Part shown: piece by piece, positions 23,108 through 56,100 of the stretch
Position numbering within the stretch: position 1 is the stretch's first letter
Layout of the letters: each line of letters begins with the position of its first letter
Source: Macrostomum lignano
Lineage: Eukaryota
DNA length: 64,000 bases
Direction of reading: 5' to 3'
Assembly (NCBI GenBank): GCA_002269645.1
Contig: NIVC01000666.1
Location: forward strand, 354,832-418,831
Translations under genes and position numbers: made by a program
Notes under the pieces: generated by a model
Told to the model about the DNA's origin: nothing
What the model saw: the letters and a program-made list of their open reading frames with translations, nothing else
Database searches by the model: none

Positions 23108-25107
23108 GAGCGTATACGTATAGACAAAGCTTTTACAGTGAATTTGTTGCAGTTGTAGATTAAGGCCATGAAAAGCCCCAGGTCAGGCACCTAGACATGT
23201 CCGTTGCATCGTTAATGTTTCGCTAGCTTGTGAAAGACTCGGTGGAGCCACAAATGAAGGCCACTATTCCGAAACTCTTGAAGTCTGGCTGAACCATTCC
23301 AGCCAATCGCAAGCTCCCATTCTACTCTAGCCTTTTGCAACTTCGTCTATGGATCGATAAAATGGTTCAAAGCTAAACCACCAATGCAGCTTGACACTTG
23401 TTTGGAGCCAAATTAGACGGGGGTTGAAGTGAACTTGTCATAAAATTTCGGTCAGTCCTCTATGGCTGGTTGATCGAAGGCTATCGAATTAAGTATCAGG
23501 CATCAGCAAACCTCCCTTAGGCCTTAGTGCTAATCGAGTATAGTAATAAGCAACTTCTACTCTCGTAGTGTGTTAAAATTAATCTTAAATTGCGATTGAA
23601 TGCATGCAGAACTCTCTCTGACTCTGTAAATTAAAAAAATTGAAACTAAAGTGATTAAAAACGATTCTATTCAAAAGTTCAGTTCTGAAACAAACCATGG
23701 GCATGAATGAATGCACTGAATTTTTTCAGTGTTTTAGTTGCAGTTACTTTTGTTTTAATTTGCTGCAAAGCTTGGTGCAGAAGCGTAGTAAGTTAATTAC
23801 AAAAAACAACTGTGGTTCGCGGGGCACAGATGAAAAGAAGATCGATATATGACTATACAAGTCAAGAAGAAATAGGGTAGCTATAGCAAAATATATTGTT
23901 TCTATTGTCGAACAGACGGCACAAGCACAACGATGGCAAGTACATTCAAAAGAAATATGCAAGAGCAAGCGTATTATATGAAAAGCAAGTAACTAGGTAA
24001 GGTAACTAGGAGTAACTAGGAGTTTGGACATGACTCTAGTGTGCTTCAAATATTGGTTCAACTGAAACCCAAAGAGGTATTAAAATTAAGTACTATTTAC
24101 TTTGCCATTTCTTGAGATTACAAAGCAAGAGCCATACGAGGAAGAGGGACTGATCAATGTCAATATACATGGACACATACGATAAACTGGGGGTACAATG
24201 TTGTCTCATTAGAAATCATTGGTTTCAGCAATTTACATTTTTAAAGCTTGACATTAAACTCAAAAAGCAGTACAATGTTACACTAAAATCAACATGCAAG
24301 AACAGATCATTGATCTTTACATTAATAACTTTTTAATTAGAGTAGATTGAGTAGTGCGAGTACTTTAAGCGCGATTCTGCCACTGTTGTACTGAAAGACC
24401 AATGAGCGATTGATTTGATTGTAATTATTACTACTATCTCGCTAAGCATACTGAATACAAATACTCGTAAATACAGCTCAGCGGTGCCAGATGTCAAAAA
24501 TCAAAATAAGAGTGATATGGAAGGACTTTCAAATTTCTAAATTATTAAACATAGTTCGTGGTTGCCGATGCCAATTTTGCACTCTCGCTTTTCGGCCCAG
24601 CACTTTTACTATTTCATTTCCCTCCGAATGTTTATAACATCAAATAAAATGTAAAATATTATGTACTAGGCATTAGCTTTTAAATGCTCTTAAAATTACA
24701 TCCATGATCCATATATACATTAGGTTGAGGGCTTCTGTTTTTGTTACCTATTCAAGCCACATACATGAAATAAAGCTGCAGTAGGCAATAGCTTCTGGAG
24801 AAGATCCGCAATTGTTTTTTTACACCACAACTTCGTAAATAACTTTGCGATGCCTTGAAGGATGCAAAAATGTACTACTGCTGTGATCTGAACACGATCC
24901 ATCCTTTGGGTCTGAAATGAGATTGAAATGAGATTTGGGTCTGAAATATTTTTGGTCGATTGTGCAGTTGCAGTTGCAATTGTGTACAGCTTAATTGGAT
25001 TAACCTATGTGTACTTATATTCTATACGTATTTTAGACTAAACAAGACAGGTTAAGTGGAATGTGTTGTACTTGAACCATGACCGATGTAGCACTCTGTG
25101 GTATAGC

Positions 25108-25267
25108 TAAGGATTCCAAAATCCCGACAATTGACAATCCCGGCCCCGGGATTAAAAGTCTCGAAATCTTGTTACTCTTAAATCCCGGAAAATCCCGGAC
25201 TAGAGTAATCCGGGGATTCCGCTTGCAAACTTTAGGAAATCCCGGGATCCCGGGATTGGAATCCCTA
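25108..25267. mobile_element. About 160-bp hAT-type MITE (TAGGGATT...AATCCCTA)
   Basis: Ends taaggattccaa / ttggaatcccta, internal ccgggatt/aatcccgg palindromic motifs, flanks ggtatagc / gttatagc (7/8). Confidence 0.7.
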
Positions 25268-25370
25268 GTTATAGCTATAGTGCATACATTATTCACATGA
25301 TGGGAGGCCTACTTAAAAACTCGTATTTTTTATCTCCATAAGTGGCTGGTGATTGCATTATCCAAGAAAA

Positions 25371-43569
<18,199 letters not shown>

Positions 43570-43654
43570 GGCATTAAGTTGAGCTGGCTGGCTGGAAATG
43601 GAAATGAGGATTTTTATAGCATTTGGGGCTCTGGAACTTGGAACTTGGAGAATC

Positions 43655-45795
43655 AGCTTGGGGGATGGGGGAATCAGATTGAGGGAATGGGGAATCAGAT
43701 TGGGGGAATGGGGAATCAGATTGGGGGAATGGGGAATCAGATTGGAAGAATGGAAAATCAGATTGAGGGATGGGGAATCAGATTGGGAGAATGGGGAATC
43801 AGATTGGGGGAATGGGGAATCAGATTAAGGGATGGGGAATCAGATTAAGGGATGGGGAATCAGATTGGGGGAATGGGGAATCAGATTGGGGAATGGGGAA
43901 TCAGATTGGGGGAATGGGGAATCAGATTGGGGAAATAGGGAATCAGATTGAGGGGGGTGAGGAATCAGATTGGGAGAATGGGGAATCAGATTGGGGGAAT
44001 GGGGAATCAGATTGGGGAATGGGGAATCAGATTGGTGGGAATGGGGAATCAGATTGGGGGATGGGGAATCAGATTGGGAGAATGGGGAATCAGATTGGGG
44101 GAATGGGGAATCAGATTGGGGGAATGGGGAATCAGATTGGAAGAATGGAAAATCAGATTGAGGGATGGGGAATCAGATTGGAAGAATGGGGAATCAGATT
44201 GGGGGATGGGGAATCAGATTGGGGGAATGGGGAATCAGATTGGAAGAATGGGGAATCAGATTGAGGGATGGGGAATCAGATTGGAAGAATGGGGAATCAG
44301 ATTGAGGGATGGGGAATCAGATTGAAAGAATGGGGAATCAGATTTGGGGGAATGGGGAATCAGATTGGAAGAATGGAAAATCAGATTGAGGGATGGGGAA
44401 TCAGATTGAAAGAATGGGGTATCAGATTGGGAGAATTGGGAATCAAATTGAGGGATGGGGAATCAGATTGAAAGAATGGGGTATCAGATTGAAAGAATGG
44501 GGTATCAGATTGGGAGAATTGGGAATCAAATTGAGGGATGGGGAATCAGATTGGGAGAATGGGGAATCAGATTGGTGGAATGGGGAATCAGATTGGAAGA
44601 ATGGGGAATCAGATTGAGGGATGGGGAATCAGATTGGGAGAATGGGGAATCAGATTGGGGCAATGGAGAATCAGTTTGGGGGGTGGGAAATCAGATTGGC
44701 GGAATGGGGAATCAGATTGGGAGAATGGGGAATCAGATTGGGAGAATGGGGAATCAGATTGGGGGAATGGGGAATCAGATTGGAAGAATGGGGAATCAGA
44801 TTGAGGGATGGGGAATCAGATTGGAAGAATGGGGAATCAGATTGGGGCAATGGAGAATCAGTTTGGGGGGTGGGGAATCAGATTGGCGGAATGGGGAATC
44901 AGATTGGAAGAATGGGGAATCAGATTGGGGCAATGGAGAATCAGTTTGGGGGGTGGGGAATCAGATTGGCGGAATGGGGAATCAGATTGGGAGAATGGGG
45001 AATCAGATTGGGAGAATGGGGAATCAGATTGGGGCAATGGAGAATCAGTTTGGGGGGTGGGGAATCAGATTGGCGGAATGGGGAATCAGATTGGAAGAAT
45101 GGGGAATCAGATTGGGGCAATGGAGAATCAGTTTGGGGGGTGGGGAATCAGATTGGCGGAATGGGGAATCAGATTGGGAGAATGGGGAATCAGATTGGGG
45201 CAATGGAGAATCAGTTTGGGGGGTGGGGAATCAGATTGGCGGAATGGGGAATCAGATTGGGAGAATGGGGAATCAGATTGGGAGAATGGGGAATCAGATT
45301 GGGGAATGGGGAATCAGATTGGGGGAATGGGGAATCAGATTGGGGAATGGGGAATCAGATTGGGGGAATGGGGAATCAGATTGGGGAATGGGGAATCAGA
45401 TTGAGGGATGGGGAATCAGATTGGAAGAATGGGGAATCAGATTGGGGCAATGGAGAATCAGTTTGGGGGGTGGTGAATCAGATTGGCGGAATGGGGAATC
45501 AGATTGGAAGAATGGGGAATCAGATTGGGGCAATGGAGAATCAGTTTGGGGGGTGGGGAATCAGATTGGCGGAATGGGGAATCAGATTGGGAGAATGGGG
45601 AATCAGATTGGGAGAATGGGGAATCAGATTGGGGAATGGGGAATCAGATTGGGGGAATGGGGAATCAGATTGGGGGATGGGGAATCAGATTGAAAGAATG
45701 GGGTATCAGATTGGGAGAATTGGGAATCAAATTGAGGGATGGGGAATCAGATTGGGGAATGGGGAATCAGATTGGGAGAATGGGGAATCAGACTG
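43655..45795. repeat. 2.1-kb G-rich 21-22-bp satellite (ggggaatcagatt + variable 8-9 nt)
   Basis: Constant core with a small set of recurring variants (gggggaat, gggagaat, ggaagaat, gagggat, ggggcaat, ggcggaat). Confidence 0.97.
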
Positions 45796-46779
45796 GGATT
45801 CAAGCATAAAATCCTATTTTAAACCTCACCAGGTGTCCGGGTCGCAGCAGTTGCATGGGTCTCCAGAGTCCTACAGTTGTTCCCGCGGTTACCTGAACAA
45901 GATGACCTGGGAAAGCTGTTCACAGGGTATGAAATTACGATATCCAACAGTTCTCTCTCTACACAGAGCTTTTATCCTCAATATAAGCTTGGGGCTTTGC
46001 CAGGGAAACTCCCCAGCCAATGAGTGACAAGCTTTCGCTAGCCAACCAGACCGCACGCGAGCGCACATCCCTGCCTGCTACTATGAGTAGATCTCTATAA
46101 AAAATTCACAACAAATTCGGGTCGGTTGGAATGTAAAAAAGCGAAATTGTAATTAAAATTTCAGTGACGCAATAAGTTTAAGGGACTACTGGGAAATTCG
46201 TACGTAGCCGGTCCAAGGTTGATGCCCCTCCTTATTCAAGTTGTCAAGACTGAAAATTACTTTGCAAACCGTACCGCATTCCCAGCAGTTGAGGGGAGAC
46301 CTGGCACTGGGCTTGGGTGACAGTCTGCACCCTCCCATGCGTTGCGTAACCCGTCACGGGGGCAGGGAATCGCTTTTTTGCCAAATAGGCCCTCTCTCTA
46401 TCTCGGCCAGGTATGTTACGCAATCAATTGACACCGGGGGGCCGCCTGCTGCTGCTGCTCCGTGTCACGCAGATCCCCGCGGATTCCGGCTTAACTTTGC
46501 TGACAATTTGCCTCCCACACAAGCTCTTCAGAGCACTCTCGCTTCACTTTTTTATCTTCAACGCGGATTTGCCGGGACAATGCAAGTTCTGGCGTCTGCG
46601 GTTCAAAAAACATTTAAATCGTTTTTTTGTGACGCGTGTTTTAATAGGGCCAGCCTCTGTTTTGTCTGGATGCTGGCATGCGTGACTGATGCCTCATCTG
46701 CTTCTATGCAATTTTGACAGCGGGTGAGCTATGAAAGTTCTTCGGGTTGTTAGAAAAGCAGATGGGTTTGAAACCCCCT

Positions 46780-47180
46780 AGATCCCTAGAGTCCGAATTC
46801 GAGATCCCAATTCCCAAATCTAAGATCCCTATACCCAATCACTGGCTTCCTAATCCCTAGATTCAGTTTATCTAAATCCCTAATCCCTATTTCATACTCC
46901 CTGGATTCCTAGATCTCTAATCCCTAGATCCCTAATCCCTAGATCCCTAATCCCTAGATCCCTAATCCCTAGATCCCTAATCCTTATCCCTAACCCTTAT
47001 CCATAGATCCTTAAGCCATATGTCCCTAATCCCTAACCCTCAGTCATTAATCCCGAATCCCTAATCCCTAGATCTCTAATCCATAGATCCCTAATCTCTA
47101 GATCCCTAATCTCTAGATCCCTAATCTCTAAACCCTAACCCCTAGTCTTCAGATACCTATTCCCTATCCCTAGATCCTTA
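46780..47180. repeat. Degenerate 15-bp repeat (tccctagatccctaa)n
   Basis: Many CCCTAA and TAATCC hexamers. Confidence 0.9.
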
Positions 47181-47852
47181 ATCCCTACATTCCCAATGCA
47201 ATACTAACATAGGTCCAAATTCTTCAAATCCCAAATCCCCTCCTATATCCCTATTTCTGGATCTCAGTGATTTCAATATCACACGAAAAAAACGGAAGTG
47301 AAAACACGGACAGAACACAACAGAAGGAAATTCTGCCAAGCCCAAAAGCTTCATTTTTAGGACGCGGCTGTTTTCGCGGCACAGATCCCACCATCGGGGC
47401 CATGGAGACCAGGAGGAGCCAGCTATCCCCGTATCTGTCCAAATGTTTTCAGAAACAGGTCTGCAGCAGAGCAACCCGCCTATGCAATTTTCGAATCGAG
47501 CATCTTCTGCGGGAGTGGATGGAGGGGATTTCGAAGGGGGATTTCGGTTGTGAGGGAGGCGGCGTCGTGTCGCGAGAAAACGGTTAATTACTGCCAGTTT
47601 TGGGGGGCTCGCTTTCGTGTTTCTTAAGCAAACAGCCTTTTAGTTACCGATGTCGGAGCAGCTTCAGGTAGAAGGGAGCTTTGTCTTGCTTGGCAGCAAC
47701 AGCACAGGACAGAGCGCTCGGCTGCTGTGACGAATAAGATTGGATGGATTGGATGGGTTGCCAACAAGAGGCTGCTTGTCATTCTGGTTCCACAGTGCTG
47801 CCCAGTGTGACTGCTGCACTAACCGCCAGCTGAAGTTCATCTGTGCCCTTCT

Positions 47853-48345
47853 GAAGCGGGGGAATGGCGGCTGAAGAAGCGGGGGAATGGCGGCTGAAGA
47901 AGCGGGGGAATGGCAGCTGAAGAAGCGGGGGAATGGCGGCTGAAGAAGCGGGGGAATGGCGGCTGAAGAAGCGGGGGAATGGCGGCTGAAGAAGCGGGGG
48001 AATGGCGGCTGAAGAAGCGGGGGAATGGCGGCTGAAGAAGCGGGGGAATGGCGGCTGAAGAAGCGGGGAATGGCGGCTGAAGAAGCGGGGAATGGCGGCT
48101 GAAGAAGCGGGGGAATGGCGGCTGAAGAAGCGGGGGAATGGCGGCTGAAGAAGCGGGGGAATGGCGGCTGAAGAAGCGGGGGAATGGCGGCTGAAGAAGC
48201 GGGGGAATGGCGGCTGAAGAAGCGGGGAATGGCGGCTGAAGAAGCGGGGGAATAGCGGCTGAAGAGGCGGGGGAATGGCGGCTGAAGAAGCGGGGGAATG
48301 GCGGCTGAAGAAGCGAGGGATGGCGGCTGAAGAAGCGAGGGATGG
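47853..48345. repeat. 23-bp minisatellite (gcgggggaatggcggctgaagaa)n
   Basis: About 21 copies. Confidence 0.97.
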
Positions 48346-49321
48346 CAGGAGTCTGCAGTGAGTCAGTGAGTCGTGCAGCTCAACACCTGCACGCAAAGGT
48401 ACTCAGAGCGCACCCGTGCGGAGAGTGCGTGAGACAACAATTAAAAACCAGATCCCAAGTCCCGCCCATTAAAAATCGCAAATTTATCCTGCCATGGAGT
48501 TTTCTCCCGAAATGTGTTGTGGGGCTCAAGTGTTTGCACTGCCAATGGCAGACGGGAACAAATGATGGGAGAATTGAATGGGGGGGGTCGAATTAAATGA
48601 TTGAGGGGGTGGAGCTGAAGTTTTAGATGGATTTTTATCCTAACACTGCTTCCTCATCATAAGCATAAGGCGGAGGTGGGGATTATGTTGGACCCGCAAA
48701 CTCAACCTTTTCTGTCTGTCTGTCATATCGGTAGTTTTTTCACATATTGGGGGGGAATTTCTCATTACAGTTTGCTGATGCGTCTCAGCACTGCTCGACT
48801 TCTGCAGGATTTTGAGGAGGACAGTGTTGCAGCATGATCTGCATAGAAAGTTCCAGCTTCTGATCCACAACCTCTCTGCTCTCTCCGCTCTCACGCCACA
48901 TACACCCACCTTCCCAACCCATCCATTCTCACAGCAAAGACAACAAAGGATCGCCAGTCGCCAGACACTGTAGCAGAGAGTTCACCTGCTGCAGTCAGCC
49001 GAGCAGTACAGGCCGCGACTTTTAAAAGCAGAAAAATAAGACAAAAAACGCGCAGAGGAGAGCCGTCTAAAATGACGCATCGGTTGCTTGCCTGGCTTTA
49101 GGATTTTTGGGAACAAAAAAGAAGCCTATAAAGAGAAGAGCGGACAGAGATAGGATCTGGCCAGTCCCTGGAAGCTCGTCACGCGTGATAGTCGCGATGT
49201 CACAGCTGCTCCCATGACTGTAGTTTTTCTTCAGGCCTTCGGAAATTGCTTCCAGGAGAGAATCTGCGCAGAGAGACAGATGCCACTGTAGCTGTGATGG
49301 ATTGGCCTCAGGACACCTGGG

Positions 49322-49970
<649 letters not shown>

Positions 49971-50669
49971 GACAGCCGGACAGACACGAAGTCTCAGGGG
50001 TCAGGAATGCCAGCAACATCGGTGTGGTGTCAAGGAATTAATTAGAACAAGGCCGTACGCAGCCCTCAAATCAGTTTAGTTAGATGGCACTCGGCAACGG
50101 GCGCAGCTGTCCCTCAGATATGGCCGGCGCGCGCGCGGGGAAAATTAATGGGATTCCGCAGTTCGAACAGCTACAGTACGTGGCAAGGGTGGCGGCATTT
50201 TTCCTCAATAATTTGCGGGGACGAAACTGCGGTCCTCCGGGGATTTCGGCGCGGCGCACACCTTCAGGACCGATGCTATTGAAAATAGAAAAAAAGGAAA
50301 CCGGCCACCCAAAAAAGTAGGAATAGTTTTTCAATTTCTCCTAGGAGCCTCAGATCCCATTCCCGCTGCGCATTGTCACAGTCAGCATTAATTAACTTCA
50401 CGCTCTGTAAGCTTTTTTCTCCTGTCTTCCTCGGCAATTCCCCGTTTGGGAGGAATATGGAAGCATGGGAAACGGCGCGTGCATAAACTCTTGCGTCTGA
50501 AGAATTGCTTTGATATCTGCGGAAACTCTGCGAATGCCAAAGGTCGCCTGGGTGCCCTGGCAACCGAGCGAGTAGCTCGCATTGAAACTGCAGTTATAGA
50601 TGTTGCTTTTTTGTCAGGTCAGTTTTGACAGCTGACAGACTGACTGATTGGATGGATGAACTGAAACCT

Positions 50670-51030
50670 ATAGATTTGGCGCCATAGATTTGTCGCTATA
50701 GAGTTTGCGCTATAGATTTGGCGCTATAGATTGGGCTCTATATATTGGGCACCATAGATTTGGCGCTATTGATTGGGCGCCATAAATCGAGGGCTATAGG
50801 TTTGGTGCTATAGATTTGGCGCTATAGATTGGGCGCCAAAAATCGAGGGCTATAGGTTTGGTGCTATAGATTTGGCGCTATTGATTGGGCGCCATAAATC
50901 GAGGGCTATAGGTTTGGTGCTATAGATTTGGCGCTATAGATTGGGCGCCATAAATCGAGGGCTATATGCTTGGTGCTATAGATTTGGTGCTATAGATTTG
51001 GCGCTATAGATTGGGCGCTATAGATTTGGC
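50670..51030. repeat. About 14-bp degenerate repeat (gctatagatttggc)n
   Basis: Directly visible, with a longer sub-period containing aaatcgagggctatagg. Confidence 0.9.
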
Positions 51031-52554
51031 GCTAGTGGGGCGCATTTCCAACAGTGTCCAGCGGGCATGCCGTGACCGCCAATAACCCCCCCCCCACAGT
51101 CTCAATACGACCGTCGCATGCTGAGCTCCCGGAGCAGTTCTGTATCCCCCTAGCCTAAACTCAAACCGCTTGGCAGTGGGCTTCATCCCTCAATTTACCA
51201 TCGCATGCCTCATTAATAATCGCCCACAGCCTTCCCCGTCACCAGCGGTTGCGTCACCTATTAAAAGGGTCTCGGGGAAAGTGGGAAAAAAGTAGAGGGG
51301 AAGGATGGTTGGGAAATCTGCACGCGATCGGGGATAGGAGGTTGGGGATTTTTCTCCCGGCCCTAAATGCTCGAAACAATGAGCTTGATGAGGCAAGATG
51401 GCGCTGCTGGGAAATCCAGATTGATATCATCGCGTTCAGCTCATTGTGCAGTCCATTTTGCGCCTTAGCAACCCAGAGAGCTTCCGTCATATTGGAATAT
51501 ACGGGCACATTCGAACTGAGGATAATTTTCTCCCAACACAGGCTCTTCTAAAAGGCTGGAAATTATCGAACCGCATCCCTCCAGAGTCTAGGCCTCTGTA
51601 GTTTGATGACCAAACAGCATGCATCAGTTTTTTCCCAAAAAATCATCAACAGACTACTGATAGAGTAGAAAAAGTAGCAATTTATGTTTTTATTACTTTA
51701 TTAACTTGGTTACAGCAAGACAGCGTAAACATGCAAATATTTTATTTCGGGTCCAAGTTCTAAGCCAAACTGGTGGATGGTGCCACGTACTTGTGCGACA
51801 TAGGCAGAAGAATCCACTTGTAGACTGATGCGATATTAATGGCACAAACAGTACTAGTATTATTCCACTGTCTGATTTGAGAGAGCTGGTCTGAGATTGT
51901 TTTCCTTGGCCCGAATTCGGTGCGAACTTCGACCCTTAGTTTTTTTCACTTTATGCATCATTGCGTCGATAAGTCTCACACATGGGGGAGGGGGTAGTCT
52001 CTGGGAGTCAGAGTACACTTGTTGGGAACTGCTGAAACTGGGGAACGGGGCGCCAAGACTGCTTTGAAGGGAGCGCGAAATCAAATTGGCCACCAAATTT
52101 TTTGTCAGCCTTTGGAGGGGGCGGTCCTCTTGCCAGCTTAGAGCTACTAGGCACTAGCTATTGAAGTTTTGTAAATTCGAGTTCATTTCCGGTAGCCAGC
52201 CACGTTGGTGAGCTCAAATTTTGTGGACGTTTTCGGTCGCAGTCTCAACACATTTATATTTAATTTATGTAATGGCTAAAAACTCCCACCACAAGCAAAG
52301 AAAAATGTTGTAATTTGGCATTTATTATTCAAATTGATTTCATATAACGAAAACAGATCAACCGATTAATTTTCCATCTAAATTTTCTTTTGTGGCGAAG
52401 GGATAGAAAAAAGTGAGGTGGCCAGCTAGCTGTTATCCAATGTGAAGTCTGCATTTTTGTCACCTTTTATACGAATAGGAATAGTATATTTATGCGAATA
52501 GTACTATAAAGAGCAAGAGCTACCCGTCCCGTTTCTTTCGTCTATAATGCTTTA

Positions 52555-52900
52555 CTGATTGGTTCACTGCGCTGTTGGGCCGCTTTGGCTATAATATTGT
52601 GTGCGCTGCGTCTGTGGGGTGAATCACGCCCGGCGTTTTTTAAGGGTGCCCCTGTTTGCACACTCGGAGCCTGGGGTAGAGGGGGCTTCGCTAGTTGTGG
52701 GTTGGCTGCGAGAGTTTTTGGGGGGTCGACGTGCTATGGGCGGGGGTGGGTGTGGAGCGGAGGGTGGCCCGCTCGTCCTTTTTTACAAGCATCCCTCCCT
52801 CACCTTATACTATAAGCCCTTGATTTGGCCCCAGCGCGGACCGCGTGACGGAAGCTTGCACCTACACCCCTTTCCCAATCCCTTAGTTTAACTCCAATGC
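52555..52900 (+). promoter_or_regulatory. Candidate CpG/GC-rich promoter region upstream of patched
   Basis: ATTGG box at about 52558, GC-box-like gggcgggggtggg at about 52738, tactataag at about 52808; lies 300-600 bp upstream of the first putative coding exon. The TSS is not demonstrated. Confidence 0.35.
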
Positions 52901-53180
52901 CAAACAAAAAGACCAAGAGCTAGCTGCTCTCCTTTTTTAATTGAACTCCCGCAAAACAGTTGACCAAATTAGTAAATTTCACTACTATTAAATTTAAGCC
53001 AAACATAAGCTGAACCGTTACAGCCAAAGGCTCTTCCATGTACTTTGCGTACGAAACGCAATGCGTAGCTGTGTCGCAATTATCTAGCGACCCTTTCTGA
53101 TAAGCATCGTGTAATTATCGATTTTATTCTCGCTGCCCCAAGTTTGCAGTTGAACTGTTGAACTGCAACGGGACGGGAAT

Positions 53181-56100
53181 ATGAGCGGCTGTTATCGACA
53201 CCAAGGGGGGCAGCGGACTAGCCACCACCAGCGGCAACAGCAGCAAAATCGAGGACGGTGCGGAAGTCAACGGCCCTCTGCCCCAGATGACATGCAGCTG
53301 TCGCAGGTGATTTATTGTTACTTCTTTCTCTTATCTACTTGTCTAAAGGTCTTATTTTAAAGGCTCAATGTCTGCTCCACTGCTCATCTTATAAACTTCT
53401 ATCTCTTCCAGTCTTCTCCCCTAACCCGCAAATTTACTCGATCACTTAATTGCAGCAAAGCCTTTATGCTCACGAGTTCGCGTGCTCCAAACGGCCATGG
53501 CAACAGTCGGTGACCTATTTCTGCCAGAAGGTCTCATATCAGTACGGAGTAGCCGTCACCCGCCAGTGGAAATTGTTCCTGTTCTTGACTCTGGTGGCGT
53601 TCGGTCTCTGCACTCTGGGCCTCAAGGATGCCCGCTTTGACACGGATTTCACCCAGTTTTGGATGTCAGGTGAGTCTCAGAGAGCTTGGCTTCAGTTTGG
53701 CATTTTAATTAAATGTCTCGGTTTCATATCTCCTTTCATCTTCTCTTCACTTCACTTTTATCTTATCCTGCTCTGTCTTCTCAAATCTCATCTCACCCTC
53801 TTGTCTCTCAGCTTATTTGACCTCTTCTCATCTCGCACATCTAATTCTAATCTCATCTTATCAGAACTTTTATTTTCTCTCGTCTCTTTGTTCGTCCATA
53901 ATCATGGTGCAACTTGGCATTAATGCAAATAAATCCCATCTCATCTCCTCTGATCTGATCTCCTCTCATCTCATCTGATCTCTTCTGATCTCTTCTCATC
54001 TTATCTGATCTGATCTCCTCTCATCTCATCTGATCTCCTCTGATCTCTTCTCATCTTATCTGATCTCTTCTCCTCTCATCTCATCTGATCTCTTCTGATC
54101 TCTTCTCATCTTATCTGATCTGATCTCCTCTCATCTCATCTGATCTCCTCTGATCTCTTCTCATCTTATTTGATCTCTTCTCCTCTTATCTCATCTGATC
54201 TCTTCTCTCCTCTCATCTTATCTAATCTCCTCTAATCTGATCTCTGATCTCCTCTCCAATCTATTCCTGTCCTCTCATTCCATCTCCTCTGATCTCATCT
54301 CCTCTCCACTCCCCCAATCTCCTCTCAACTCCACTCCATTCTCTCCTCTCAATTTCCACCCCCTTTTCGCTGAGGAAAAAGCTGACTGCACGCATCAGTG
54401 ATGAAAAAGATCCAAACGGATTCCAGTGTAGCTCACCGTCTGTATACAGTAGCTATTGAATTCCACACTAAAAGCAGAAATTCTTCTGCTAGTAAGTACC
54501 ACTTTTATTGCTTTTGCACTGAAATAATAGCTCGGGGTTATAACTAAACGGAATTCTCGCAGCTCTTCAGCTGGAAAGAAGGGGATTAATATTCTCGTTA
54601 CTTTTGCAATTATGATAAAAACTCCCCTATGCGGCCAATGTATGTATCGGTACAAGTTTGTTGAAATAGCAATTTTCAAACACATTGTTTTAAGCTTTAA
54701 TTTCGAGAAAAGAAAATGATTTTTGTGCACACAGAGAAAACTTTTCCAAATAGTTTTCATTCTCGGACGAAAATGTGTTCTCAGTATAGAACTGCAGGTT
54801 CCCAGCTGTCTGAACTGCGCACAAGGTTTAAGTTAAAAGAATTCAATAGCTGACTGACTGCTTCAAAAGCATTTTTTGCGCTGAAACGAACTCGCTGTTC
54901 ATAATGCAGCGCCCTGCATTGCTTGCTGTCTATTGCTGACCGCAATCCGATTTCAGCAAATCCGTCAGAGTCGTGTGTGTCCGCCAGTTTCTGCTGGGCA
55001 TCACATATAACACACACCGTATTATTGTATAGATTTATAGTATTATTATTATTTATAATACCACTTTCTGCGCACCTAGCTATGCCAGCAACCCCCCCCC
55101 CCCCGGAAACTCGACTGCCTGGGTGGCCCAATGCTGCATAAGAGCTCCCCTTCTCTCCTAGAAGCGGGCCATTTTCTTATTTCATGCCCGCCCTGCCCGT
55201 TCTTCTCGCAACCCCCTCCCTGCAGTATGCGAGCTGTTTTGTTCAGCGCGCGTGCAGCTTTGGCAAGATTAAACTCTGGCTGCGAAACAGCAGCGGCGGC
55301 CACACAGATATAAAGTGATGAAGGAGTGCAGGAACCCACCGCAGACTGCTGCAGCCGCACAGAATTCTCTCTCTCCCTCTCCCTATCCGAAGGGCAGACG
55401 ACTGTATATGCAGTAAAAAATTGAAAAGAGATGCGAAAGACAAGAATACCCTCATTAAATATGCAATGCTCGCTGCGGCCGGGGGTCGAAGGTGGGAGAG
55501 AGAGAGAGAGAGAGACCACCAAATGGCCACCCACGCCAATGGGTTATTAAGGGGGTTATGCATTCATCTGGCTATTGTGCTGGTGGCCTGTGCTGTGCGC
55601 CGTCCCGCTTGCAACTCTGTATGAAATTTTTTCCAAGATAAAGCGAAAACCTGCGTGAAATTTTGTGCCCCGCCTTGTGGCAGCAGTAAAATTAAAATTC
55701 ATTTTTTTAACCTTTAATTGTTTACTAATAGCTCGCAATGGCTTGACGTTGCTGTGCAGCATGATTGATGGCTCTTTTAACAAGTACTTTCTTGTTGGTG
55801 ACCGACAAAGATCCATTTAGTCCCAATCCTTGTGCTTCAATTATTGAGTCCCCGATCCTTGAGTCCCAATCATAAAACCCCAATCATTGAGTAACAATTT
55901 CTAGGTGCTTGGGTCCCGATGATTGAGTCGGAATCATTGATTCCAGACCATCAATTCCCGATCCAGTCCAGACCATCAATTCCCGATCCATTCCAGACCA
56001 TCAATTCCCGATCCAGTCCAGACCATCAATTCCCGATCCATTCCAGACCATCAATTCCCGGTCCATTCCAGACCATCAATTCCCGATCCAGTCCAGACCA

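Noticed and set aside
22085-23500. Possible pseudogene interrupted by the nested MITEs
   Set aside because: Removing the insertion does not yield a continuous frame or any recognisable motif.
43655-45795. CRISPR-like repeat/spacer appearance
   Set aside because: The spacers are only 8-9 nt and are reused many times, the context is eukaryotic and there are no cas genes. It is a satellite. The same applies to the 15579-16352 array.
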